Shown: piece by piece, positions 8,151 to 19,060 of the stretch | Layout of the letters: each line of letters opens with the position of its first letter | Numbering within the stretch: the stretch's first letter is position 1 | Assembly (NCBI GenBank): GCA_963833125.1 | Contig: CAWHWX010000030.1 | Location: 1 to 53,211, forward strand | DNA from: Candidatus Bathyarchaeota archaeon | Lineage (GTDB): Archaea > Thermoproteota > Bathyarchaeia > 40CM-2-53-6 | DNA: 53,211 nt | Direction of reading: 5' to 3' | The notes under the pieces: model-generated | What the model was told of the DNA's origin: nothing | What the model saw: only the letters and a program-made list of their open reading frames with translations | Database searches by the model: none | Program-made: the position numbers and the translations under genes

Positions 8151-10343
8151 TCAGCGAATCTTGTCACAGGCCAACACGGGGCTGAGTCTGTTTGAGGTGG
8201 CTGTGGCTGCAAGCAGCATTGTCGATAGCACCGTAGTTGCGGACGCAATCATCAGTACCGGCGCAGAGTTTGTTAGTTCACCGAGTGCTAGTGCCGAGAC
8301 ACTCGTAAGTGCTGCCAACACGAGCACTCGCTCAAGTGCCTTACCAACACTCGTTCCTGCTAGACGTTTGACTTTTCCTCTGATTACGCTGAGTGGGAGG
8401 CCTAGGTAGAAGACCCCGATCATTGCGCTCGCCAAAGCGCCTGCTAGGATGATGGCTAGTTCTGGTGAGGCGCTGGTGGCTTGGAAGGTGCCGGCTGATA
8501 TGGTTAGTATTCCGACGAGTGGGTATAGTATGGCTTGCATGAATATGCGTTCTACCCAGTGGTTTGCGATGTAGTTTGCGACTGGTGGGCTGAAGGAGTA
8601 GTACCATGCGTTGAATGCGAGCATGAAGTTCGATCCTGCGTTGGTTCTCATGATGGAGTTGTCGCGGAAGTTGCGGAGCACTTGGACTTGTGGGGCGACT
8701 GCCGAACCGTAAGTTGCGGTGGCGATGATACATGATGGCCCGGGGCTGTTTACTTGTAGAGTTACGTCGGCGCTATGGCTTACGGGTCCGCTGGTTCCTG
8801 TAACTTGGAGTACGAAGCTTCCTGTGGACCCTGTGGGGGTTGTTGTAAAGCTGACCGATGAACTGCTCTCACCACTTGGTGGCGGCGTTACGGTCTGTGG
8901 GATAGTGATTCCAATGCCTGTGGGAGCGTTCCCGACCCAGGAGGCCGAGAAGGTTACGGGTGAGCTGAACCCTCCAACCGAGTCAACGATGACGTTTGTT
9001 GATCCGCTGAGGCCTTGAATCACTGAGACGGTTGCTGAGCTTGGTGCGATGTTGAAGCCTGGACCGGCGGCTGCGACTGGGGCTAGGACGGATGGGGTTC
9101 CTAGTATTGCGACGTTGATGTCGGTTGTGTGTGACACTGCACCGCCCGTGGCGGTCACTGCGAGAGTGTAGCTGCCGGTTGAGGGTGAGTTGTCGGCGCT
9201 TATGGTCAGCGTTGAAGTGGCTGTGCCTCCTGTCGGAACGGTTACGGGGCTAGGTAGACTGAAGCTTATGCCACCCGGAGCTGTTGCAACCCAGGCGGTA
9301 GTCAAGCTGACTTGGCCATTGAATCCGTTTATGGATGAGATTGTTACGGTCGAGTACTTCGTTCCGTCTGGCGTTAGGCCGATTGTGGTGGGGGTCGGCT
9401 GGAATCCGAAGTCGGCAGCGACTCCGGTCGTTATCAGAGTGCCGCTAGGCGAGACAATCACTTGGAGCGTGGCTGCGTGTGATATCGCACCACTGGACGC
9501 CGTCACCGTGAACGGATACGTTCCCGGCGCTACGGTTCCCGAGACGAAGATCGTGAGCGTGGGCGAGGACATTCCTCCCGCTGAAGTTTCAATCTTGCTC
9601 GGCCCATTGAACGAAGCTGTCACACCCGGTGGAGCAGAGAAGGTGAGTGAAACTGGGGAAGCGAAGTTGTTCAGCGAAGTCACGAATACATTCAGACTGC
9701 CAGATGCACCTTGTGTGATCCCAATGCCCGTCGTTGAGAAGGCTATCGAGAAGTCACCGTTGTATTCGATGAATCCCCATGAGTTAGCCTGGCACTGGCC
9801 TGCTGCGTAACCGCATCCATTGGTGTAGGGCGTTGAACAGGTATCCCACTTGATTCCAGAGGATCCAGAATTGTCCTTTAGGTCAAGTGCGTAAACGGCG
9901 CCTGGTGTGACAGGTATGCCGCTCGGAAATTGCACTTGTAGCCAGTCACCTGTAGGTTGGCCGAATTGGCTTGGAACGGTGAACTGAGCGGAACCCACTA
10001 GGTTCCCTTCGATTCCATTCACGCCCGCTACTCCGTTGGAGATTATGTTCGCAGTCATCAGTGTCGGGGCAGTATTGTCGGATCGTATGTGAATCGCGAA
10101 TCCTACTATCGAGGATTGTGTGGGAATGAACGTTTGGCCGGCTGGTGAGTGTACTCCGATACCGTCAAGGTAGGAACCGCCGATAGAGGAACATTGCTGG
10201 TCGGCGGCAGGGAGTGTGGCTGCATTCACAGTGAACACAGTCAGAAACATTGACGCTACAATTAGAAGTAAGGCTACGGTCGTTAAGGCTGGTTTAACGT
10301 ATTCGAGTTTCGACATCTCAATCAACGTACACCATAGTATCAC
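8151..10343 (-). CDS. Surface protein with three Ig-like repeats and a CFI-box-CTERM domain
   Basis: Signal peptide; three repeats of about 110 aa (F.I...S..GF...V.L/F...T.T.G..SH); CIIATATYGSAVAPQVQVLRNFRD and FNAWYYSFSP followed by TM helices. Confidence 0.88.
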   Translation of the reverse strand: MILWCTLIEMSKLEYVKPALTTVALLLIVASMFLTVFTVNAATLPAADQQCSSIGGSYLDGIGVHSPAGQTFIPTQSSIVGFAIHIRSDNTAPTLMTANIISNGVAGVNGIEGNLVGSAQFTVPSQFGQPTGDWLQVQFPSGIPVTPGAVYALDLKDNSGSSGIKWDTCSTPYTNGCGYAAGQCQANSWGFIEYNGDFSIAFSTTGIGITQGASGSLNVFVTSLNNFASPVSLTFSAPPGVTASFNGPSKIETSAGGMSSPTLTIFVSGTVAPGTYPFTVTASSGAISHAATLQVIVSPSGTLITTGVAADFGFQPTPTTIGLTPDGTKYSTVTISSINGFNGQVSLTTAWVATAPGGISFSLPSPVTVPTGGTATSTLTISADNSPSTGSYTLAVTATGGAVSHTTDINVAILGTPSVLAPVAAAGPGFNIAPSSATVSVIQGLSGSTNVIVDSVGGFSSPVTFSASWVGNAPTGIGITIPQTVTPPPSGESSSSVSFTTTPTGSTGSFVLQVTGTSGPVSHSADVTLQVNSPGPSCIIATATYGSAVAPQVQVLRNFRDNSIMRTNAGSNFMLAFNAWYYSFSPPVANYIANHWVERIFMQAILYPLVGILTISAGTFQATSASPELAIILAGALASAMIGVFYLGLPLSVIRGKVKRLAGTSVGKALERVLVLAALTSVSALALGELTNSAPVLMIASATTVLSTMLLAATATSNRLSPVLACDKIR

Positions 10344-10520
10344 GAACTGAATTATTCCTGACTACACCATTTCCACTTCCAAACCCGGATTTCCACCAAA
10401 GTAGAATAAGGGAACCCCAAAACCGACCGCTCCGCCGACTAATGATTCGGAGCTTTCCGGGGTGGGTTCATTCCGTAATTGGGTTTTGCGCATCGTGATG
10501 CGGGAGCAGATCGGCCAATT

Positions 10521-11631
10521 TCATAAGCGCATTCTTTCCCCTTTCGGATCGTAGTATCGCATATCCACGATTCTGGCGGGTCGATTCCTCCCATTCATTC
10601 CAATCGTAACGGTGGTTCCCAGTTTGGACTTGTCAGCCTTGACAAACGCCCAGGCGAGATTCTTTCCTACCGTTAGCCCCTGGAAGCCGGCAACGGTTTC
10701 CCCAATCATCTGTCCATTTACCACTACAGGTTGGGAGACCGGCGTGATCTCGTTGTCTGAGAATTCAAGGCCGACTAGCCTGCGTTCAGGTCCTCTCGAG
10801 TTGAGTCGGGACAACGCTTCTTTACCCAAGAATTTAGGTTTATCCAGCTTAATCCATTTTTCAAGGCCGACCTCATACGGGTTATTCTTCTCGGTCACCT
10901 CATACCCAAAGAAGATGAACCCCTTCTCGAACCTCAACGAATCTAGTGCATCCAACCCGTACGGAGTTATTCCATCCTCCTTTCCCGCGTCCTGAATATT
11001 GATCCACGCTTGAACCGTATCCTCCGTTGAGATGTAACATTCGTATCCCAGCTCGCCGCTAAACCCAAGCCTCGCAACGACCGCCGGAACGCCACCAAGT
11101 TTGGCGTTAAGAAAATGGAAGAATCTAAGCTCACTCAGATCGATGTCCGCGATTCTCTGTAGAGTTCGTCGCGATTGTGGCCCTTGAACTGCAATCATTC
11201 CTAGGCTTGAGCTTATGTCAGTGACGAACGCAGTTCATTCCTGCTTCGAGATGTTCACCAATCCATGCTAGTGTCTTGTAGCGCATCACCGACGAAGTGA
11301 CTACCCGGAAATGATTTTCCCCGATCCGCCAGACCGTAACATCATCAACCATGTTACCCTCGTTGTTGCAAAATGTTGTATACATTACCTGTCCGTCGGC
11401 GAGCTTGCTGGCCTCGTTGACAGCCAGCTTCTGCACTAACTGCATTGACTGGGGCCCCTTGACGTCGATTCTGCCCATCAACGAAAGATCAATCATGCCC
11501 ACCCTCTCTCTAACCGCCCTGTGCTCTCTCTCGACAGAGGTGTAGTAGGCAGGCATCTCATACCCAGCGGCGCTCGTGAACATTTTTGCACCCAACGAAA
11601 GGTGGGTGTTGTACAACGGTGTAAGTTTCAT
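10521..11631 (-). CDS. Aminomethyltransferase (GcvT-like, folate-binding; frameshift about 11230)
   Basis: TPLYNTH, GMIDLSLMG, AVQGP, RLGFSGELGYE, LRFEKG and YYDPKGER. Confidence 0.9.
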
Positions 11632-11695
11632 TTTAACCCAAGACCGATCTTCGGTTGCACGAAACTTGAACTACACGAATTTTCCTGGGTGAAAG

Positions 11696-13061
11696 CTAGA
11701 TGGCTTCCACTACTACTGCCTGCTTCTCGTATCCCTTGACGTAACCCACAACTTCTTTGAACTTCTCAAGGTGATCCTCGATATCTTCCTTAGTATGGAC
11801 AACTGAGACCGTCCACTGCTCATCCGGTGATGGCCCGGCGGGAATTATCCCACGATTCATCATCGCAAAGCAATAGGCAAACCATTTCCCGGTGTCACAG
11901 GCTTGGAAACTCCTCCAGTCTGTGACTGGTTTCGTAGAGAAGGCAATTGCACCGCTCAGCCCGGCATGTGACATTTGGGCGGTAAGGTCGCTTGTCGTCG
12001 ATAATGTCTTGATATCCTTTGTTTAGCGTCTCGCTCAGTTTGGTAGCCCTCTGCATCGCACTCTTCGTTAGAACCTTCGATAGGGTCGCAATCCCGGCGG
12101 CGACGCACAACGGGTTCGCGTTGAATGTTCCAGCATGACTAACTACCCCTGGGACTATCGTTTCCATTATCTTCCTCTTCCCAGCCACTCCGGCGATTGG
12201 AACTCCGCCACCAATCGCCTTGCCTAGGGTAATCAGGTCAGGCTTGACGTTGACGAAGTCTCGCATTCCGCCATAGAACTTTCCGCAAGTTTTGATTTCA
12301 TCAAAGATTAGCACGAATCCATAATCGTCGGCAAGTTTCCTCAAGCCTTCGAGGAAGCCTGGTTTCGGAAGAATGAAGCCCATGTTCATAGGGATGGGCT
12401 CAAGAATCATCCCTGCAACGTCTGCGCTATTGTTTCGGACTATTTCTTCGACGGCGGCCAAATTATTGAACGGTGCAACCAGGGTATTGTTGTAGACGCC
12501 TTCAGGCAGGCCGGTTGAAGAGGGGACTGCGTTCGGCGCTTGAGGATCTCCCTCTCTGGCTTGGGATGGTTTCACGCTTACTATGAGTGTCTCGTTTCCG
12601 CCGTGGTAGCAACCTTCAAACTTGATGATCTTATCCCTCTTCGTATAACTTCTCGCGAACCTCGTTGCATACATGGTAGCTTCGGCACCAGTGTTCGCCA
12701 ATTTGAGCTGGTCAACCCCAAACCGCTCACAAATCATTCGGGCAAACTTCGGAGTCTCTTCCCATTCAAATCCAAAATCCGTACCCTTCGCCGCTTGTTC
12801 CTTGATCGCTTTGACAACGAGTGGATGGGCGTGGCCCGCGACTAGGACACCGAAGCCCATGTTGTAATCTGTGTACTCATTTCTATCTACGTCCCATAAC
12901 CTGGTTCCTTTGGCATGAGAGAAATAGAGCGGGTAGGGATCGGAAAAACGATAATTGCTATGGACCCCGAAAGGCACGTCGTTCTTCGCTTTCTCGTAGA
13001 TTGCATTTCGATTTGGGTGTTCGCTTCTCGAACATTCGGGATTCTTTGTCTTCGAGTGCAC
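11696..13061 (-). CDS. Class III aminotransferase, glutamate-1-semialdehyde aminomutase-like (frameshift about 11990)
   Basis: GVHSNYR, DVDRNEYTD, NTGAEAT, KFEGCYHG, FDEIKT, GKAIGGG and HAGTFNANP. Confidence 0.88.
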
Positions 13062-13392
13062 TCAAGTTTAGCCCGGCCTCTGACTGCAATGTATCAGCTA
13101 TAAGGTAACCCCAGATGAATTTTTTGCAAAATCCACCAAAAATCCCCGCAGAGGATGACTTAGCTACCTAAGAACGCCTGATTTATCGCCTGGGCGGATG
13201 AAATGGGTAGACAAATCGAGGATTCTTCGGAGTATGCATGGCCAGATGAAATCCGTCGATTTTTTCACGGATCGAAAGGTCATCATCAGCAGATGGAGCC
13301 AACCATAGCAAAACACCCAATGTTCGCTCCGAGCCGTGCAGAGGGAAGTGCGCTTAAATCCCACGAAAACAGATGTTTTTGGTTGATGAAAA

Positions 13393-13814
13393 ATGGTACA
13401 CGTATCAGATGAAGGCATGTTCGATGCACCCTAGAGAAGATTTGGCGCTTTCTCAACGACGACAGCCCACAACCCACCAACACAGCTCGGTCAAATTTTC
13501 AAAAGTACTAGAACAAATGACAAGGGCATGACCTCAGAGGTTGAAGTGAAGAACCCTGACGGCTCATGGCGCAAGGAAATCTGGAAATTTGGGTTCAATC
13601 CCCCGAAGGGGTTTGACCTGGAAATTACCAGCGGACCAATGAAGGGCACAAAACACACCCACACATACACCCCGATGGGAAACAAGACTAAAGTGGTTGT
13701 TGAGGGTGAATTCGTAGCTCAAGGCATGGATGACGCATCACTCAAGAAAGCAGCTCTCGGGATGTTTGAACTAGTCTTTAACGAGGACAGCGCAATCTGA
13801 AGAACTACAAGTAA
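13393..13814 (+). CDS. SRPBCC/START-fold protein (several frameshifts)
   Basis: Reassembled MVHVSDEGMFDAP/LEKIWRFLND.../HQHSSVKFSKVLEQ/...GPMKGTKHTHTYTPMGNKTKV...FNEDSA/NLKNYK. The DAP.EKIW start is typical of SRPBCC. Confidence 0.6.
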
Positions 13815-13985
13815 TTTTCAACAACGCACGAACTGAATACATCTCTAACTTCCCTAGTCTTTTGTTTCTATTCACAGAAAGAATCTAGTTTCCTACGAAA
13901 GCACAAATGCGTCCATGATTAGGCAGTGTGGATGATCGACGGCTAGGTTTCCGGACATTTACTTTTCATGAGGTGAGAATAAGAA

Positions 13986-14360
13986 TTGAGTGACTCTGAG
14001 CAGAAGGCGGTGCAGCGTGAACTTGCCCGAAGGCGGGTGTTCGTCTTTCTTTCCATCTTCTTCGCTATTGCTCTTGCAGGCGACATTCCTGGGGAAGCAG
14101 ACATCTTCCTTCATGCACTAGACGAATATGCGATTGTTTCCCTCTCGGTCCTAGCACTAATCATAATCCTTGTTTGGAGAAACAACAAGACACTTTCACA
14201 GCTGAAAAAGCAGAACAACATCATTCTGGTCCTCTTCATAATTGCATTGGGATTCAAACTCTTCGCATTCATGGTTGAGAGCAACGATCCTATGGACTTC
14301 GGCGACGAAATCCCCTCCCTGATAGGACTCATACTAGCACTGCTGAACAGGTTCGTCTAG
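13986..14360 (+). CDS. Hypothetical membrane protein (about 4 TM)
   Basis: 124-aa hydrophobic ORF filling an intergenic space. Confidence 0.7.
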   Translation: MSDSEQKAVQRELARRRVFVFLSIFFAIALAGDIPGEADIFLHALDEYAIVSLSVLALIIILVWRNNKTLSQLKKQNNIILVLFIIALGFKLFAFMVESNDPMDFGDEIPSLIGLILALLNRFV

Positions 14361-14406
14361 GCTAGGGATGTGTCCTGAATCCCCAGCCTGCCTCTCCTCT
14401 TCCAAA

Positions 14407-15431
14407 CTACCAATTTCTTCCCGCCAGAAAATCTGTCGTTTGCCTGAGCGTCGGCATTCTTCTAGATTTGCTTCTGAGATAGAGGTAGGCACAAACATTT
14501 GCAAAGAGCAACCTATCTTGTGCTTGGAAACCGACAAGATGTCCGACTATGTCTCCTGCATCCCACACGTCTCCGGCCCCCGTAACGAAACCCGCAATCT
14601 TACCAATCGCCGAAACCCAAGTTTGTCCCTCCCCCGTCGAGGACACGCTACCAATTGGAGTATGCACGTCCAATTTGACTCTAAGAACATCCTGCAGTAA
14701 TCCAGAAACCCTGACCAAGTCTTTTCTATTGTAGTTCCGCGGTAACGTTCCAGTTGAAAGACGCCGAGCCATAATCCTAGTTTCGTTCTCATTCACGCTA
14801 ACGACGTCGACCAAACCTTTTCCGACAATATCCTTCACAAGCACTTTGAGGCGTCCTTCCGCCGCCGGTAAGGTCCGCAGGGTCAAGGAAGTTGAGTCTA
14901 CCCTTCCGACCCCTCAAGCCGAAAACTTTCCTTGCGAGTTCGTTTCCTTTTGTGTTGGATGACCAGTTCACGAGGGCTACACAGTCGGACCGCTCAAGAT
15001 CTACAACGTCCTTGTGTTCGAGTCTTCGCCCATCAAACTCCCTCAAATCACCGACATCGCTGATCATCACGTTCACTTGTTTGTTTCGGAAACCGAATTC
15101 GAGAGCGGTCGTATAGCCAGGTTGACCGGGAATGACTCGCACCTGGCAGTTGCGTGGAGGGTTTGCAAGCTGCGGTTTGCGTGTGTTCATCCCCGACACA
15201 GTAGAGTCTCGTCTTCACTGACAATAACGCTAAGGCATATGCCAAATTTGCAGCATTTCCTCCTGCGCGTTCAATCTGCGAAAAGCCCCGCAGGTTCCCG
15301 CCTCCGGATGCTGCTTTCAGTTGTACCTGCCTGAAGAGTTGTTTCAGAGATGGGACGGAGACTATCCTGTCGAGGTAAAAGTCCGGTAGGACCGATACTT
15401 TGAGTTTAGAGATTTCTCTATCGTACTCCAT
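14407..15431 (-). CDS. PfkB/ribokinase family carbohydrate kinase (two frameshifts)
   Basis: GGNAANLAYAL, FLDPADL, SVNENE and TGAGDVWDAG spread over three ORFs. Confidence 0.85.
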
Positions 15432-15442
15432 CCTAACCCGCT

Positions 15443-16632
15443 TCAACCTGATCCTGTCAGACCATCTTTGTTTTGTTTGATCCCGTAGACTAAGACTGCT
15501 CCTAGAAGCTGGGTTATGGCAGCCGCTGCGAAGATGTATACAGGTCCAAATATGCTCCAAACGAAACCAAGCAGCAGCGGACCGACTATCATTCCTAGAT
15601 CTTCAAAGGAACCATAAATCCCGATCGTGGCTCCCTGCATCGCTGCCGGAGTCACATCAGGGATCATAGCTAACAACAAGGATGACCCGGAAAATCCTAC
15701 ACCCACAGCGATCGAAACAACCAGAAGTAGGTAAGAAGTGTCGGCGAAAAGATACAAGAGGAATAAGGCAGAGCTTGCAAGGAGCCCAAGAACTGCTGTG
15801 CGTCTTATTCCGAATTTGTCCGAGAGCCATCCGACGACCGGCATTGCCACCAGTTGAGCCGCTGAAACTGACGCAAAAAGAACGCCCACATCAACGGTGG
15901 ACATCTTGATTTGCTGCGAGGCGTAGAGAGGCAGAAACGAAGAGGCTACTGTACGCCCCATGAAGATTAGAGCGGCCGACAGAAAGAGAAGTTTTGCTGA
16001 CCGCCTGCTGAGAACACGCTTCAGAGCCACAACCATGTTCCCCTTTTGCTCTTGGCGACGAGACCTTTCGCTTGGAAACGAGATCAGAACGAACACCGCC
16101 ATCAAGAGCGATATCACCGAGGTAGCCCAGAAAGAGTACTCAAACGCCCAGGTCTGAGCAATATAGCTGCCAAGCAAAGGCCCAATTACGCGCCGAGGAC
16201 TAAGAACAGCCACCAAAGGCTCGCATACAACCCAATCGACTTCTCAGGAGCGGCCTCGGTGACGTATGACCTTGTCAGTGGCCCAATAGCAACAAACAGC
16301 ACCCCCGTAAGAAATTGGAGGCCAATGAAAACGGGGACGAGCGACCGAAGAGTGTAGAGTGGAGATAGTACGCTCATTGCGAGTATTGACACGAGCATCA
16401 GTAGTCGCCGATCGGTTCTGTCGCTAAGGTTTCCCCAAATCCATTCGGAAAGAAACATCCCAGCCGCTTGCACTGCCACCAGTATACTCCAGCCAATTAC
16501 GGTGATTCCAAGAGAATCCACGTAGAGAGGCATTACCGGACCGCTGAACGAAACCGTTGACGCTATACTATAGAAGAGGAGAATCAAGTACGCAGAAGAG
16601 ACAACTCGAAGACGAGAATTCAAAGGAGCCAA
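15443..16632 (-). CDS. MFS transporter (frameshift about 16195)
   Basis: About 12 TM segments; GNLSDRTDRR and GWLSDKFGIR motif A. Confidence 0.9.
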
Positions 16633-16805
16633 CCCCGAAGAAGGGTTTCAGTAATTCCAGAGTAATACTCTAGGTCACCTAGTCGGAACAGCTGTTTTTC
16701 GTTTCTTCCTGACCCCTCTACTGCGGTCCACGAGATATGCAAAGAGACGGCTGACCATCAGGAATCTCGCTCGTTCGGAGCAAAAAGCGCCTGGCATACG
16801 TTAAG

Positions 16806-17621
16806 CTATCTTCGGACCTCTTCGACTTCTCTATACCATTTCTTGCCGGGACCGACCTTCGCTCGAATCTTCCAGCGCATATTCTTCGGCTCATCTTCGA
16901 TGAATTTCAAGAGCTTTGCGATTTTTCCTTCCACATCATTTCGATCTTCCTGCGTTAGCTCTTGGTAGGACGCAAGTTTGGAGGCGAGGTTCTTCAAGTT
17001 GGTCGTACAGGTATAGTAGAAGCCCCAGTCGTTCGATAGCAACTTCGCTATGTAGTCCGCGTCTATCGTTTCGGGACCAGCTTTGCCAATGTCATGTTCT
17101 CGCAGGAGCATCGTTGTGTCTACCATATCTTTTTCCTCAAGGTGAACGATCTGCATTTTCTCTAACAGCATATCTGCGAGGGAGATCGTGAGCGGGTCGA
17201 TCTCTAGTCGGTCTTGGAAGAGGATGTCATGATTCATTTCCAATTTATCGATGAAAATATCGACGTGCAGGCCGTTTGTTTTGTTGTCCCATATGGTTCT
17301 CCTGTTTCCCCAAAGAGCAGTGACCATGGGTTGGTCTTCGTACCCAAGCTCCCTCATCATCCCGTTGATACGGGAGGATTCAGAATGGTAGGCCGCGAAA
17401 TCGACGTCGGATAGGACTCGATTAAGCCGGGCTGTGAGGAAGTTGAATTTCGGGCAATGCGCTTGGAATGCAATGGCACCCAGTAATCGCAGATGAAGGT
17501 CTCGTTTCGTTCCTTCAGCTACGATTCGCTCGCCCTCGGCCTTCATCATCTTCTCGTGTTCAGCAATCTGTTCTGAGTTCAAGTAAGGCAACCGCGCAAA
17601 ATTCGATTTAGACGAGGACAT
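16806..17621 (-). CDS. Uncharacterised nucleotidyltransferase-fold protein
   Basis: LRLLGAIAF...SDVDF...HVDIF...LLEK..EKD..D pattern (hG[GSA], DxD and a third D). Confidence 0.6.
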   Translation of the reverse strand: MSSSKSNFARLPYLNSEQIAEHEKMMKAEGERIVAEGTKRDLHLRLLGAIAFQAHCPKFNFLTARLNRVLSDVDFAAYHSESSRINGMMRELGYEDQPMVTALWGNRRTIWDNKTNGLHVDIFIDKLEMNHDILFQDRLEIDPLTISLADMLLEKMQIVHLEEKDMVDTTMLLREHDIGKAGPETIDADYIAKLLSNDWGFYYTCTTNLKNLASKLASYQELTQEDRNDVEGKIAKLLKFIEDEPKNMRWKIRAKVGPGKKWYREVEEVRR

Positions 17622-17741
17622 TTTGTCAAGCTATTAAGCGTTTCAACCCGCCATCGAACAATCTTTCCTAGTAAGTCCCGAGGGTGGATGAAAGAAGAAC
17701 CTTTAACCTTCAATTATCCAGAAAAATCCTGACGCTGAGAC

Positions 17742-19060
17742 GTGCCTTACTTGACCCCAGAACCCGCCCATTCACACAACGATCATAACGTAACTGGGAA
17801 GGGGTTCAAGCATTTAACGCGCACAGACGAGGCTCTTGAAGCAGTGATGGAACAAGTTCCAATGAAGGAAATAGCGGTAGAGAACGTTCCAGCGTTATCT
17901 GCTCTCGGCAGAATTCTAAGCCACGATTTAATCTCGCCATCAGCTATTCCTTCTTTTGATCGCGCCGCGATGGACGGTTTCGCCGTTAGAGCCGAGGATA
18001 CCTACGGCGCCTCAGCCAGCTCGCCGATATTGCTGAATTCTGTTGGTGGCGTTGGTATCGGCGTCCTTCCGAGTACGGGCATCAGAAAAGGTGATGCTGC
18101 TTTCGTTGTTACGGGCGGTCAGATGCCTCAAGGTGCAAACGCGGTTGTCATGGTCGAATACACCAAACAATCCGAGAGCGGGAGCGTTGAGGTTTCGGGG
18201 GAAGTGCATCCGGCTGAGAACGTTTCAAGAATCGGGGAAGATGTTAGAAAGGGAACCGTGGTTTTGAGAGAGGGTGCTCGTTTACTCCCACAAGACATTG
18301 GCATGCTCTCATACCTAGGAATCAAGGAAATCTCCGTAAAACGTAGGCTCAAGATCGCCGTACTCTCGACAGGGAATGAGATTCAAGAAGAACCAGAGCC
18401 GAAATCTGGAAAGGTTCCTGACGTTAACCGTCCCACCTTGTTAAGTGCTGTACGGGAACTTGGTTGCGAACCTATCGACATGGGCATTGCACGAGACGAG
18501 TTCAGCGAGATACAGGACAAGTTGAGGAGTGCACTTGAGGCGAGCGACCTTGTTCTAGTTACTGCAGGTACGTCGGTCGGACCTGGCGACATGGTGCCCA
18601 GGGTGATTGACTCTTTAGGCAAACCGGGCATGTTGGTTCATGGAGTTGCGATGCGTCCCTTCGATGCCTACCGGTCTAGGGGTAGTGAATGGAAAACCTA
18701 TAGTCTCGTTGCCGGGCTATCCCGCTTCTGCTTATATCGCCTTCCTCGAATTTATCCCATCAATAGTCAATCACCTGCTCGGAACGAATTCGTTGCCTCG
18801 GCCTATTGTCAAAGTGAAGCTGCGAAGGCGGCGTAGCTGGAGTCTTGGGTTCACGGACTTACGTGCGAGTTCAAGTTGCGGAAAGCGGAGGGAACCTCTT
18901 CGCCGATCCTGTTAGAACTTCTGGCGCTGGGATCCTCAGCAGCTTAGTGCAAGCTAATGGATTCCTCATAGTGCCTGAACAAGTGGAAGGGTATGAGGAG
19001 GGCCAAATGGTCGAGGTCGAACTATTTCGACCCGTGGAGCGCGAGCAAGCTGGCAAGTGA
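17742..19060 (+). CDS. moeA: Molybdopterin molybdotransferase MoeA (frameshifts about 18660 and 18840)
   Basis: [39 protein letters not shown] and SLVQANG. Confidence 0.92.

Noticed and set aside
9190-9810. Long antisense ORFs (also 10612..10995, 46247..46708, 49246..49761 and others)
   Set aside because: They are shadows of well-supported genes on the opposite strand and carry no motifs.
10380-10500. Possible structured ncRNA in the intergenic gap
   Set aside because: Only short stems and no recognisable family motif.
10521-11631. Glycine cleavage system
   Set aside because: No H or P protein in the window.
11696-13061. Calling this gene hemL
   Set aside because: The family fits, but the context lacks tetrapyrrole genes and GSAM-like paralogues are common.
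13203-13412. 69-aa ORF upstream of the SRPBCC gene
   Set aside because: No recognisable motif, and it overlaps the reconstructed SRPBCC start.
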